The translations under genes were made by a program, and so were the position numbers. This document shows, one piece after another, positions 12,262-23,112 of a stretch of 43,536 nt of DNA; the first letter of the stretch is position 1; each line of letters starts with the position of its first letter. The notes under the pieces are model-generated. The model did no database searches. It saw only the letters and a list, made by a program, of their open reading frames with translations, and had not been told where the DNA came from. The stretch comes from Trichinella spiralis (lineage: Eukaryota): assembly GCF_000181795.1 (NCBI RefSeq), contig NW_003526947.1:72622-116157 (forward strand). The letters run 5' to 3'.

Positions 12262-12370
12262 CTTTAAAAAATAATGATTCCATTTTACGGATGTACAGCA
12301 TGCTACTGAAACTTTTAAATTTAAAACCTGCACTCCATTTTTTAATTTATACAAGTTACGTTTAAAGCTC

Positions 12371-13518
12371 ATGAGAAAATTCAGTCATTTCATTGCTGTT
12401 TTGTTTGCTGTGTGGCGGCTCATGCCGATGCTTTGTAATAATCTTCATTTTCCGGATGTGATAGATAACAAGTGGCAGGTACTTCAGCGTCTCGGTGCGG
12501 GCGGTTTCGGAACCGTATACGAAGTTTCAGAAGTGGGTAATGAAGAAAGTCGTTTCGCTGCAAAGGTAAAAAAGTATATATTTCTAGCTGATAACGAATC
12601 CATAAATTATATAATAATTAACCAAAATGTGTGATTTTAATAAGAATTTTGTATTAGACCAATGTTCCTTTTCCAACATTTTTTTTAAATTACAGGTTCA
12701 AATGGCAAAAACACAAATACAGGACGGCAAAACAAATTTCACATTCGGCCATTCATTCAATTTAAAATTCGGCACAACAAATACAGGACGGCAAAAAAGT
12801 GATGCGGACAGAAGTTAAAATTTTGTCAGCACTTCAGGGCAAAAGCTCACGTATCTGTCAGCTAATTGCTTGCGGAAGCGACAAGAATGTCAATTACATT
12901 ATTATGAATCTCACTGGAAGAAACTTGAAAGATTACAAAAATTATTTTCGTGGCAAAGACCTGCCTCCTGTGGATGCACTCAAGATTAGTATTCAATGCA
13001 TTGAAGTGATCAGAGAAGTACATGAAGCAGGTTTTATCCACAGAGATGTAAAGCCTGAAAATTTTGCAGTTGAATTTACAGGAAGCGCTGATAAAATTTA
13101 CCTTCTCGATTTTGGTATTGCGAGGCAGTACCGTTTCAAAGACGGTTCACTGCGTCCAGCACGTAAGGCTCCACTCTTTTATGGCACACCCGAATACGCA
13201 TCCCTGAATGCCTTTGATGAAAAGGAATTTGGCCGGCATGATGATCTGATATCGTGGTTTTACATGGTCGTTGAATTCTACGGGGGTTTCCTACCATGGA
13301 AACCTAATAAAAATAATATGAAGCTTTGCGGACAAATCAAAAGAAAGAACTTCAGATCAACAACGTGGTTAAAGAATTTGCCTGAAGAATTTACTGAAAT
13401 ATATGAAACCGTTAGTAAAATGAATTATGAAGAAGAACCAAAATACGAAATCTTTATTGGAAAGCTGAAAATGATTCTGAAGCAAGATCACGGTATAAAC
13501 TACTCAATCAATTTATAA
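12371..13518 (+). CDS. Casein kinase 1 / tau-tubulin kinase family Ser/Thr kinase, 2 exons (12371-12565; 12696 or 12787-13518), possibly disrupted
   Basis: GAGGFGTVY, AAK, MRTEVKIL, HRDVKPENF, LLDFGIAR, YGTPEYASLNA (CK1-type, no APE), DDLISWFY, LPW. Phase-0 donor AAG|GTAAAA at 12565/6. Acceptors TTACAG (12695) and ATACAG (12786). Confidence 0.88.
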
Positions 13519-14112
13519 TTTTTAAATTATTTGCATGCTACATCATTTTTTATGTAATGATTAAAGTGTATTCATTTATGAACATTTATCTTCATGTCAT
13601 ACCTTCTTTCAATCAATAATGCCACTTCAATGTATCACATATTATTTATAGTGATGATAACGTTCCTTCAGTACATTCTGATTTTTCAAAATTTCCTTAT
13701 GCTTTTCTTTCCCCGTTTAAAATTGTATTCATTTCATTCGCTTAACAGAAGCAATAGAGCAATTAACAAAAAACTGAATATTTTAACTGGAAAAATGTTT
13801 TTATAAATTTCCCAGCAATTACTTATTACTATACTGTTCACATCGTTCAATGTTATTCTAAAATAACATTCATCGCTAGCTTCGAGGGACAATTCTTCGT
13901 TAAATCTTACAAACCTGCTTCTATCTAATCTCAGACCGATCTTGCAATAGATTAAATAATAAAAAGATGATTTCAAAATTGTAGCATAATTTCTTGTGCA
14001 CCGTTCTCCAGAGCTGCTGGTAATTATGCTTTATCCATACAATAAAATAATGTTAACTGTTACACAAAAGAAAAAAAATTCTGAAATATTCTATGTATAA
14101 AAATATACTCAC

Positions 14113-14275
14113 CTGACTGACCTCTAAATCTTGTATCAGAGGAAATCGCAATCGACTCCATTTCAATAATATTAACTGGAAATGTAAAAATTAATAAGAA
14201 ATTAATTTCAAAAGTAACTTTACCAACTAAATATGACACAGCTACTTGACAATCATCGTCGTGCAGAATGATGTA
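14113..14275 (-). other. Two candidate small coding exons (14275-14224, 14175-14113) of an unidentified gene or pseudogene
   Basis: TTTTTAG|...|GTAAAG, 48-bp intron, TTTCCAG|...|GTGAGT. Joined frame is open: YIILHDDDCQVAVSYLVVNIIEMESIAISSDTRFRGQS. No recognised homology. Confidence 0.3.
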
Positions 14276-14944
14276 CTAAAAACGCTAGATTTCCTTCTTC
14301 CTAAAAAGCCAGTTGTTTTGCTAAAAATCAGTGAATGCGATTCAAACTTATATTTTCGAAATGTTGATTATAAAGAAGACGTACTAGAATTTTTTATCAG
14401 GTATATAAAAAAACAACAGAGAGATTAATACAGCTCGTAAAATGTTGCATAATTCCATTTATTCGTGCCCAGATTGCATTGCGCAGAATTCATTTATGTA
14501 TACATGCAGCGTTTCCTTGAAAATAAAATACGCAGAATTCTATTTTTGTGAATCAATTAATTATTTAATAAATATAACAATCTTATAAGTAATATAATTA
14601 TGAGCAATTATTACAATAATATTACATATCTGGATACATATACTTTTATGGATAAAAGGATTTCATTACCAAAAAATATATAGAACTACTCCATTACCAT
14701 GCAGCATCACATGCCCAACTCTAACAGCGTTGAAGGTGAAGATGAATTTTTCCACGCAAAATTTTGTCATATATTCTAGCACTGCTCAATTTGGTAAATA
14801 AAAAATGTAAAACATATCAGATATGAAAAAAGTTCGAATCAAAGTCATCAGTTATACAATACAAGATAAATATTGCCTGGCGTGAGCAAAAAGAGACTCC
14901 ATCGATCAATTGGAAAATTCCGTGCCTACCAATCACGGTCGGCG

Positions 14945-16117
14945 TGAGCGAAAAGAGGCTACGCGGGCGAATTTTCGACAAAAAGCGGAGCAACACAACC
15001 CTCACGCTAGTATAAAACTAGCCGTGGCAGGCGAGGGAGCCCAGTCGCCGTTTGACGTTGTGTTCAGTGCGGTGGTTGCGTTGCGCTGTTCATGTGTATG
15101 TGTTTACGGGTGTGTTTGTGAGAGCATTTTAATTTTTGTCGTCTACTGATCATTTTCATCCTGTGAATTACACTAATTATATGCACAAGTGGATGGGTTC
15201 CGGCGAAAACATCAAGTGAAGATATGTTGCAAGTTAATCCATTCGTGTCTTCGATTGGTGGAGAAGCCCAGTAAGCGCTTTTGTCACTCCAACAAAGATC
15301 AACCGCTATAAAAATGAAAAAACATTCAATCGACAACGTATTAGTTTCAAATGAACGAGAGATGACGTCATTGATTGCCGGTAAAGCAATAACGGGTTTA
15401 TGCCGTGAGGAAATAGAAAATGGTTGTATAGTAACGACTGTTTTCTGATTGTTGTGACACAGGTTGCGCTTGTTTTCTCGTCACTTGCACGAATGCTACC
15501 GAGCTTCTCATTAGTCTCCAATGGGTATTATTCATTTTATTTATTGTACTTTCAAATTATTAAAGGAATATTTTTGATTTCAAGGTTGTTGGAAATGTGG
15601 ATACAAATGTAACTGTATTGAGTGATTGAAATACTGTATTTAATGATCCTCCAGTGATCATCTTACGGTGGCTGGCTGTCTCCTCCCGACTAAATAATCA
15701 TTCTCTCGGTTGTTCCGCTTGCTATAGTCTACAGTAAACTTAGTCATCCACATTACATGACGACATTCCACGCTTCAGTGAAAATACAATCAGCTAAGAT
15801 AGAGCTGATCACTGGATTTATAGAACAGTTTCTGATCGTTTCTTGAAATTTGACGAAATCTGAAATCAGAATGGAAATTTTCCATCGAAGTTGTACAAGA
15901 CGGATGAGCTGTTAAAACGGTGAAGAAGGAACACAGTATGAGCGAGCGGCTGAAGTAGTTAAATGGTTGAGGCAAGCCATGTACGACAAGCAGCTACGCC
16001 ATCGATGAAGCAGCATCGCTATCTGGCGTAAGAATTCATTCAGTCTGCTCCAGTGATCCTGTACGCCAGTTCGTCATTCGATAAAAGAGATGGCTTCGTT
16101 TGTGACACATAAGTACA
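14945..16117 (+). repeat. Left arm of ~1.2-kb diverged inverted duplication
   Basis: Reverse complement of 24228-25533. Paired ORF translations on opposite strands, e.g. 15306-15521(-) with 24820-25053(+). Confidence 0.95.
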
Positions 16118-17774
16118 ATTCAAAGAGCGAAAAATCGAGCGCTGATGTAATGAAAGGAGTAGCTTATAAAGTTAGAACGAAATACCCTTACTGTAGTGAA
16201 GGGCAATCCCGTTCGTCGAAACAGCAGCCTGTAATGAGAAACAACCAAGACAGCTACTTTAACGCAAGCCACCTCTGTCCAAGCTCAGGGCGACAAGCGA
16301 ACTTGTATTTCAAAATTGAGTTGAGAACGACCGGCAGGCACTTTGTCAGATTATCAGAATTCAGTAGAGTTGATGCAGAAAATGTAAAATGATATTTTAG
16401 TGCATAATATTCAAAATATTACAAGCTGACATCAAAGCAAGTTACTCTCTTAATAATTTACAAATAACAGTTACTATTCGTTAAATTCCAATACAAAAAA
16501 ATACAAATATTAGATTCATTTCATAAAATTTATAGTTTTTGAGAGAAACCTTTATTAAAATTACTAAAATGTGCTTATACCTATTCGCTTCGCTGGGGTC
16601 GCTTGATGTAAATTCCAATTATTCCCCAAACCGGTTGTTGCATAGAACCGCAGCTTGTGGAATTATTCATGAATGCGTAAATCCCCATCATGATAGATGT
16701 CAAAGGCACCGAAGAAACTTACGCCATCATTCGACGTTCTGTCACAATTTTCTATGTATGGGGCATGTTTTGTGCGAGGGTAGGTTGCGCGCAGGCAATC
16801 AAAACTCCACAGCATTCAAAACAAACAATCAAGCAATGCAGCAATTTTTAATTAGGTTGAACAAATAAAATTGAGAGTAACGCTAGCTCAAAAGCAAGCA
16901 AAATAATAGATATCGCACAGAAATTTCCATCTTCACCACTCAATGAATGATTCTGACGTAAAACCATTTCGTAAAAAATACTTCCAAAAACGTGGTATAC
17001 TATACCTACTTACACTGAAATGCACCTGCATTTTCTTCAATTGAATTGCAGAAACCATTGAAGTTCTCAAGTTTGAATTCAACCAGTAATCAGTTTGCCA
17101 AGAGACTTATATACTGTACTGCGTTTCGTAGGTGACACGGTCACTGGGGAAGCGAGAGTGATCTCTTTTGCTGGACTGCGGCGCCGCTTCAATTCTGCTG
17201 TCGCTCTTTTACAAATGGCGGCTACAACTCAGGTGGCTTTAATTCACATCCATTTGGTCTGGAACTGTACAGCCGCTATTTTGTCCTCTCTTTGTATTTT
17301 CCCCAAGGGAAACATACGACGATCCTGCAGGGAGTGCAATATCAGGCCAACCCGAGACGAACCGTGGTGAAGGCCCGCGATCGCCTGTCTAGCCATTCAA
17401 AATCATTTGCAAATTTATATTGAGTCCACTTGGAATTTAAACCATACAATAAAATTATAAGAACAGATATTTGCATTGGAACTACAATTTGAAACAGTGA
17501 ACATTGAACTGTTAATGAAATGTATGGAATTTAAATATGGAAGGGTCACATAAATTGCAATGCCTCTGTCATCGTTTCCGGCTTGTTCCGTTGCCGCGGT
17601 GCAGTGGGCTGGATTCTTTGCAGGATAGGCTGTTCCAGCGAGGGCGGGTCCTCCAGGGCCAGGGTACAGCTGGCACTTCAGCTAACCACTCTGCGAGAGC
17701 ATCTGATACCTGGTGATAATATACTATGTAATTAAAGCAATCAACGTTTATTTTTCATTTAAAATGTTAAAAAA

Positions 17775-18240
17775 TCAATCAAGAATTATATTCTCATCAT
17801 TGTTCACCAAATCGGGCCATTGTTCCGCTAGCTAATCAATGATTTGATGATAGAAATCACAAAGTCTTGACTCGAAGAATTCAATGAACAACGTTTGTAG
17901 CTAAACATCGTTGTTAAATGAAACGCAATGTACAACGCTGGACAGCGACCAGAAAAGATAATAATCTGTCAGTGCTGTATCAGGAGGCGAATACGGTAGG
18001 TTCGGTAGAACTATCCAACCGAGCTCCTTCCTGAAGTAAATGCACGATGAATGTCCCGTAGGCATGCATTTTTCTGTTGGACAAGCAAACCATCCGGTTG
18101 CTCAGATTCTTTCTGTGATGCTATTACCTTCATACGTGATGTACATTTGCCGCACTATACGCTCATCATTCATCGTGTTATTTTTTTGAATCACTTGCAC
18201 TTTTTCAACAGAGTGGAGGTGACGGGCAATGGTATCCTGA
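17775..18240 (-). pseudogene. Mariner (Tc1/mariner) transposase relic, internally deleted
   Basis: Manual translation: DTIARHLHSVEKVQ (18236-18195) and KELGWIVLPNLPYSPPDTALTDYYLFWSLS...FFESRLCDFYHQII..LAEQWPDLVNNDENIILD* (18030-17775). This matches the mariner YSPDLAP(S/T)DY C-terminus; in-frame stops present. Confidence 0.85.
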
Positions 18241-18493
18241 GAGTATATTGCTATAATTTTTATAATTTTATTTCAGTAAAACACAAAAAAACAATTATTA
18301 TTATTTATTTCGATAAAGAATTAAATATATAAATGAAAATTAAATGTGACATCAATAAAGAAATAAATGATCTTTTAAATGTGAATATAACAAAAAAAAT
18401 AAGTGGAGTTAAAGAATCATCAGACACTAGTTTAGAGATGAATTATTTGCAGCATACATCCCGTTTGGGTGATAACATTACGGNNNNNNNNNN

Positions 18494-18861
18494 GTGCGTC
18501 CAGGGGTTCCGCAAAATATTGCCACAAGTGCAAATTGTCTGAGGATATGTCCAATCACTTTGCCCACTCACAACGATGTCTTCACGAGGTCAAAGTATCT
18601 ACCTATATTTTTCTCCGTTGTAGAAATTTGAGTGTGAGTCATTGTTTCTCTTATTTACCTGAGTTCTATTCATTTTTACTGTAGCTTTCAGCTGTTACTT
18701 CTTTTGTCATTCCCTCTGTTTTTCTCTTATTCCATCAAGTATTAATTATTTATTTTGTTTTCAACATCCTGGATGTGGCAGTTTTCCCCATACGACACCT
18801 CCCAGCAATTCCGACTTGACTAGTCTTTAGGACCGCTACCGTCCGATGACTTACATGTATC
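18494..18861 (+). repeat. Gap-flanked duplicate of 21215-21582 (Buster 5' region); probable misplaced contig
   Basis: Near-identical to 21215-21582, bounded by 10-N gaps, error-rich at its end. Confidence 0.85.
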
Positions 18862-18871
18862 NNNNNNNNNN

Positions 18872-19506
18872 TTGATGATTGAAATCACAAAGTCTTGACT
18901 CGAAGAATTCAATGAACAACGTTTGTAGCTAAACATCGTTGTTAAATGAAACGCAATGTACAACGCTGGACAGCGACCAGAAAAGATAATAATCTGTCAG
19001 TGCTGTATCAGGAGGCGAATACGGTAGGTTCGGTAGAACTATCCAACCGAGCTCCTTCCTGAAGTAAATGCACGATGAATGTCCCGTAGGCATGCATTTT
19101 TCTGTTGGACAAGCAAACCATCCGGTTGCTCAGATTCTTTCTGTGATGCTATTACCTTCATACGTGATGTACATTTGCCGCACTATACGCTCATCATTCA
19201 TCGTGTTATTTTTTTGAATCACTTGCACTTTTTCAACAGAGTGGAGGTGACGGGCAATGGTATCCTGAGAGTATATTGCTATAATTTTTATAATTTTATT
19301 TCAGTAAAACACAAAAAAACAATTATTATTATTTATTTCGATAAAGAATTAAATATATAAATGAAAATTAAATGTGACATCAATAAAGAAATAAATGATC
19401 TTTTAAATGTGAATATAACAAAAAAATAAGTGGAGTTAAAGAATCATCAGACACTAGTTAGAGATGAATTATTTGCAGCATAACATCCGTTGGTGGTACA
19501 TTACGG
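18872..19506. repeat. Direct duplicate of 17844-18483 (offset 1028) including the mariner relic; probable contig-overlap artefact
   Basis: Identical 93-aa ORFs at 18051 and 19079. Each copy abuts a 10-N gap. Confidence 0.9.
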
Positions 19507-19871
19507 TTCTCTCTGGAAATTATCACTGGCTTCATTTGCACCATTATTCTATTCAACGGTGGATCTCTTCTCACAGCAACAATCTTCTTACACGCCATTT
19601 GTTGCGCATTGCGGCCACAGAGATATTCGCCACTTGGAACTTTGGAATAAAATCGAAGTGGAACCGATTTGAAACAGCCGATATATTTTAATACTTGATA
19701 GTGGCGTATTTCCCTACGACGTCTCCAATCGGCATTTTTCGCCTTTCTGTACAGCAAAATTAAGTACAAAATGGCGACCACCATCGCGATCCATTGGATC
19801 ACTGCTGCCATCCTAATCACATACTGAAACCGTTTTACGAACTCGCAATTGAACATTCGAGAATCAAGCAT
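19458..19871 (-). CDS. 137-aa hypothetical single-pass membrane protein
   Basis: ATG at 19871 lies 1 nt after a TTCTCTTTCAG acceptor. Hydrophobic segment AAVIQWIAMVVAILYLILLY is followed by basic RKAKNADWRRRRE. Upstream non-coding exon with GTAAGT donor (intron 19873-19923). Confidence 0.65.
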   Translation of the reverse strand: MLDSRMFNCEFVKRFQYVIRMAAVIQWIAMVVAILYLILLYRKAKNADWRRRREIRHYQVLKYIGCFKSVPLRFYSKVPSGEYLCGRNAQQMACKKIVAVRRDPPLNRIMVQMKPVIISRENRNVPPTDVMLQIIHL

Positions 19872-19963
19872 TCTGAAAGAGAACAAAAATTACAAAATTT
19901 TACCCTCTAAATTGTTCACTTACTTGACGTCAGAGGAGCGTCCTGTTCGTCAAAAAAGGCAAA

Positions 19964-20000
19964 ACTGATCGCAAATCCCGTTAATCGCTGCTTATATATA
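19964..20000 (-). promoter_or_regulatory. Core promoter: TATA box plus initiator
   Basis: Minus-strand TATATAA (19998-19992) and TCAGT (19968-19964) at ~30 nt spacing, upstream of the spliced 5'UTR exon. Confidence 0.55.
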
Positions 20001-20109
20001 GCTAGAGTTTAATGTACTTAACGCTTTTTTTGTTTTAAATTTGATCAATGAAGCTTTTTGTTTAAATTTACCTCCAATGTTTATATATTTTAAATTTACT
20101 CTAAATTAA

Positions 20110-20777
20110 CCCTTTGATGAATTGTTGGGGTGTAGCACACCCCAGGCGGTTTTGTTTTCGATGCAGTTTGTCAATTTTTATTTTTATAGTCTGAAGCTTT
20201 GTGACTTCGCTTTTGAAACAATAACACATATTTCGAAAAGAAATGCAATACTGCAGATATTTTTGCTCGGTCTATGGAACATTGTAAATTTGAAAAATAC
20301 ATTGCTGGATTCTTGGGGTGTGGCATACCCTCACATTACAAAAACACGTGTGAAAAGCTTAAAATATCTTCAATTATTATGAAAGTTGCTTTAATAGACT
20401 GTAAAAAGATAGTTGTATATGACGGCATTGAAATATTTTCACTCTTAATAATTTTGAAGACTTTTATTGGTAAAAATTGCAACAAAATTATCGTTAGAAA
20501 ATCGTCATTTTTAGTTTTTTTCTTCGTGTAGATTATGTTTCGCAAAATTCATGAGACAAGTAACTGAGTTGAGTATAACACGTTATTCTGCGCATTTTGA
20601 GACTAAAATTCAGATCTCTAGTCATTTTTTGGTGTTCTAATACAACTACGTTTTTCTAAGCCATTTCTATAGTTTTAGCTTAAAGATATGGAAAAGTGTT
20701 GAGCAGGAATTCTAATGTGAGGTGTGGCGCACCCATGACTCCAACAACGTACCCAACGCCAACAATCCATCATAAGG
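20110..20777. mobile_element. piggyBac-type non-autonomous element (MITE), 668 bp
   Basis: TTAA at 20106-20109 and 20778-20781. TIRs CCCTTTGATGAATTGTTGG vs CCTTATGATGGATTGTTGG (right end, reverse complement). Internal GGGGTGTGGCACACCCC-like palindromes at ~20127, ~20315 and ~20720. Confidence 0.85.
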
Positions 20778-21188
20778 TTAAGCACTTCATACTACAGAAA
20801 AACGTACTATTGTTTTTGTCGCTCTAGAGGTGCTGGAAGATTTTCTTCTTCACCAATTCATACGACTTCCAGCAACTTGCTTTTACTAATTGTGGTGAAT
20901 TTTGAAATGTATAAAATTTTGAAATAATTAATGATTAAGTCAATAGGAAAATCTTTTCTTTAATTCCTATATATCAAACTTTCAAAATGTCGATGACGTG
21001 TTATGCTTAACTGTATAATGAAAAGCCCAACATTATTTTCAAAAAATTTAAAAGTTTGCGGAGCTTCATTAGCATTTATTCTGTACTATAGCCTACAAAT
21101 TCTAAAATTTACTAATTATTTAATCAGCACATTATCAATCTGTCCAGCATCTACCTGATTATTTACACTTATAATTAATTGTCTTATA

Positions 21189-21775
21189 CAGCGTTTCTGA
21201 AATGGGGTTCCGTGAGTGCGTCCAGGGGTTCCGCAAAATATTGCCACAAGTGCAAATTGTCTGAGGATATGTCCAATCACTTTGCCCACTCACAACGATG
21301 TCTTCACGAGGTCAAAGTATCTACCTATATTTTTCTCCGTTGTAGAAATTTGAGTGTGAGTCATTGTTTCTCTTATTTACCTGAGTTCTATTCATTTTTA
21401 CTGTAGCTTTCAGCTGTTACTTCTTTTGTCATTCCCTCTGTTTTTCTCTTATTCAATCAAGTATTAATTATTTATTTTGTTTTCAACATCCTGGATGTGG
21501 CAGTTTTTGCAAAGGACACGTCCAAGCAATTCTGACTTGACTAGTGACTAGGAAGTGCTGCCGTCTGATGACTTACAGGTATCATTGAAAAAAAGAACAC
21601 AAAGAAGGTCCGTTTGTACAATAGAAGTTATTTCTCAATGGGCATTAATTGGATTGGTGATCCAAGTTGCCCTATTCCCTTATACTTTGTCTGTGGCAAG
21701 CAACTTTCAAATGCAGCAGTGGCTCCAGCAAAATTAAATGGACATTTCGTGACAAATCACAGTCAAGTAATCATA
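21189..21775 (+). mobile_element. 5' fragment of a second Buster-type hAT with a degenerate BED zinc finger
   Basis: Starts with CAGCGTTTCTGAAATGGGGTTCCG (hAT TIR-like). Encodes KKVRLYNRSYFSMGINWIGDPSCPIPLYFVCGKQLSNAAVAPAKLNGHFVTNHS (~21600-21765), the ZBED5/SCAND3-type BED pattern. Confidence 0.8.
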
Positions 21776-21944
21776 TACAGATTGATTTCGAAAACAACAT
21801 CCTGTTGACCCATATATTTATTTATATGACACATTGCTTCGCCTTATAAACGTCACCAATAAACAATTAATTCCAGTAGATATTATCTGCTATTCGTTAT
21901 GCATGTTATTATTGTAGCCATTATTCATTTCAGCTTCACCAGCT

Positions 21945-23095
21945 TGTTAGAATATATTATTGTCGCATCCAGAACTGGTAAAATCCATTGAATTGACTAC
22001 TACAAATAGCGAGGCGCGTAACCAGAGTAACATTATGCAAATATGATAAAGAAAATTGCCAACGGCAGTTGCTGTAAGCAGTGACCTTATTCAAACCGGA
22101 AGTGATTTTATATATAAATGTCTGTTCGTAAAGAGTTGTTGGTTGTTGAATAAATATTCACTCGAGAAAGGCGTTATCATTACTGCTCTGCGTTCGTTAT
22201 TCATTTTCAGTAGCTTTGGTCAATTGGAAATATGGTTCATGGTCCTCCGAGCCGGATTGGCAGTACTAGTGGTGAAGCTACTAACGTTCATATGGAACAG
22301 GTAATAAAGAGTGCGCAAGAGGCGGCTGGGGCGCTTGAAAGGGAGCTTCTGCAGGAGTTTCCGTCGAGAGAAGCCGTCGATAAGTACCGAGGTGAGCTTG
22401 TTCATTTGCTATGTCAACGTGACAAATTAAAAACACTGCGTCATGGTACTCGTTCTTCGGTTGAATGGGAGCAGTGTGCTAATTTGATTCGGGAACAAGT
22501 CGGTGCTGCGGATGAATGGCTTCGACAGAAATGTCAAGTGTCTACAGCGTTTCCAGTATGCCATAGCGACTCTATGTCTGCTGTCGCAGGCAGTTTTGAT
22601 GGCTTTTCTAGGGCTACAGGGGACTCTGAGAGTTTACTGGAAGCAAAGCCGGAGAGAAAGGAAGCGCCTGAAAACATTGCAGCTGTAGCTGCATGGGAAA
22701 ACGATGAAAAAGAAGGTCATCGTCGTCTGGATCAAATTACGGCTGCGATGGAATCAACAGATTTCACGGTGGCATTGCAAAGGAATCGCCTGATTCTACT
22801 GATTCAGCGCGCGGAGAAAACGGCTGAATCCCTGCGCAGATGGTGCGATGATTCACAGCTGTCAAGGGAATCTCGTATCCGCCTGGAAGAACTCAGTATT
22901 GATCTGGACGCAGCGATCATTACAGCTGCTGAAAGTCTCAATCTGCAGGAAAGCTCGTTTGTCAGTGGCTTAACAAAAGGGATCAAGAAGGATATGTCCA
23001 AAGATTCGGTTCAGAATAACAATATGGTGAGCAGTGGGAAAGAAGAACTGCCAATATGTGCTGAGCCACTGTCGACAACTTCCAATGTTGTTTGA
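21945..23095 (+). mobile_element. Truncated BEL/Pao-like LTR retrotransposon: 5' LTR (~21945-22239), PBS (22240-22257), gag-like ORF
   Basis: TGTTAG...TTCA segment with TATATAAA (~22111) and AATAAA (~22149). Immediately followed by TGGTCCTCCGAGCCGGAT, which is complementary (about 1 mismatch) to the 3' end of metazoan tRNA-Tyr, the usual BEL/Pao primer. The LTR start is inferred without a second LTR. Confidence 0.75.
22292..23095 (+). CDS. Gag-like N-terminal coiled-coil ORF (267 aa), 3' truncated
   Basis: Uninterrupted, GC-elevated ORF starting 35 nt after the PBS (MEQVIKSAQEAAG...). Helical and E/R-rich. Ends at the junction with a mariner relic. No capsid, zinc knuckle or pol seen. Confidence 0.55.
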   Translation: MEQVIKSAQEAAGALERELLQEFPSREAVDKYRGELVHLLCQRDKLKTLRHGTRSSVEWEQCANLIREQVGAADEWLRQKCQVSTAFPVCHSDSMSAVAGSFDGFSRATGDSESLLEAKPERKEAPENIAAVAAWENDEKEGHRRLDQITAAMESTDFTVALQRNRLILLIQRAEKTAESLRRWCDDSQLSRESRIRLEELSIDLDAAIITAAESLNLQESSFVSGLTKGIKKDMSKDSVQNNNMVSSGKEELPICAEPLSTTSNVV

Positions 23096-23112
23096 AAGCT
23101 GAACAACAATGA

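Noticed and set aside
16580..17710. GC-richer patches that look like decayed coding sequence
   Set aside because: Stops in candidate frames and no motif I can name; needs BLASTx.
17844..19506. Recent 1028-bp tandem duplication and extra Buster copy
   Set aside because: Copies are essentially identical, abut 10-N gaps and degrade at contig ends; most likely unmerged contig overlaps.
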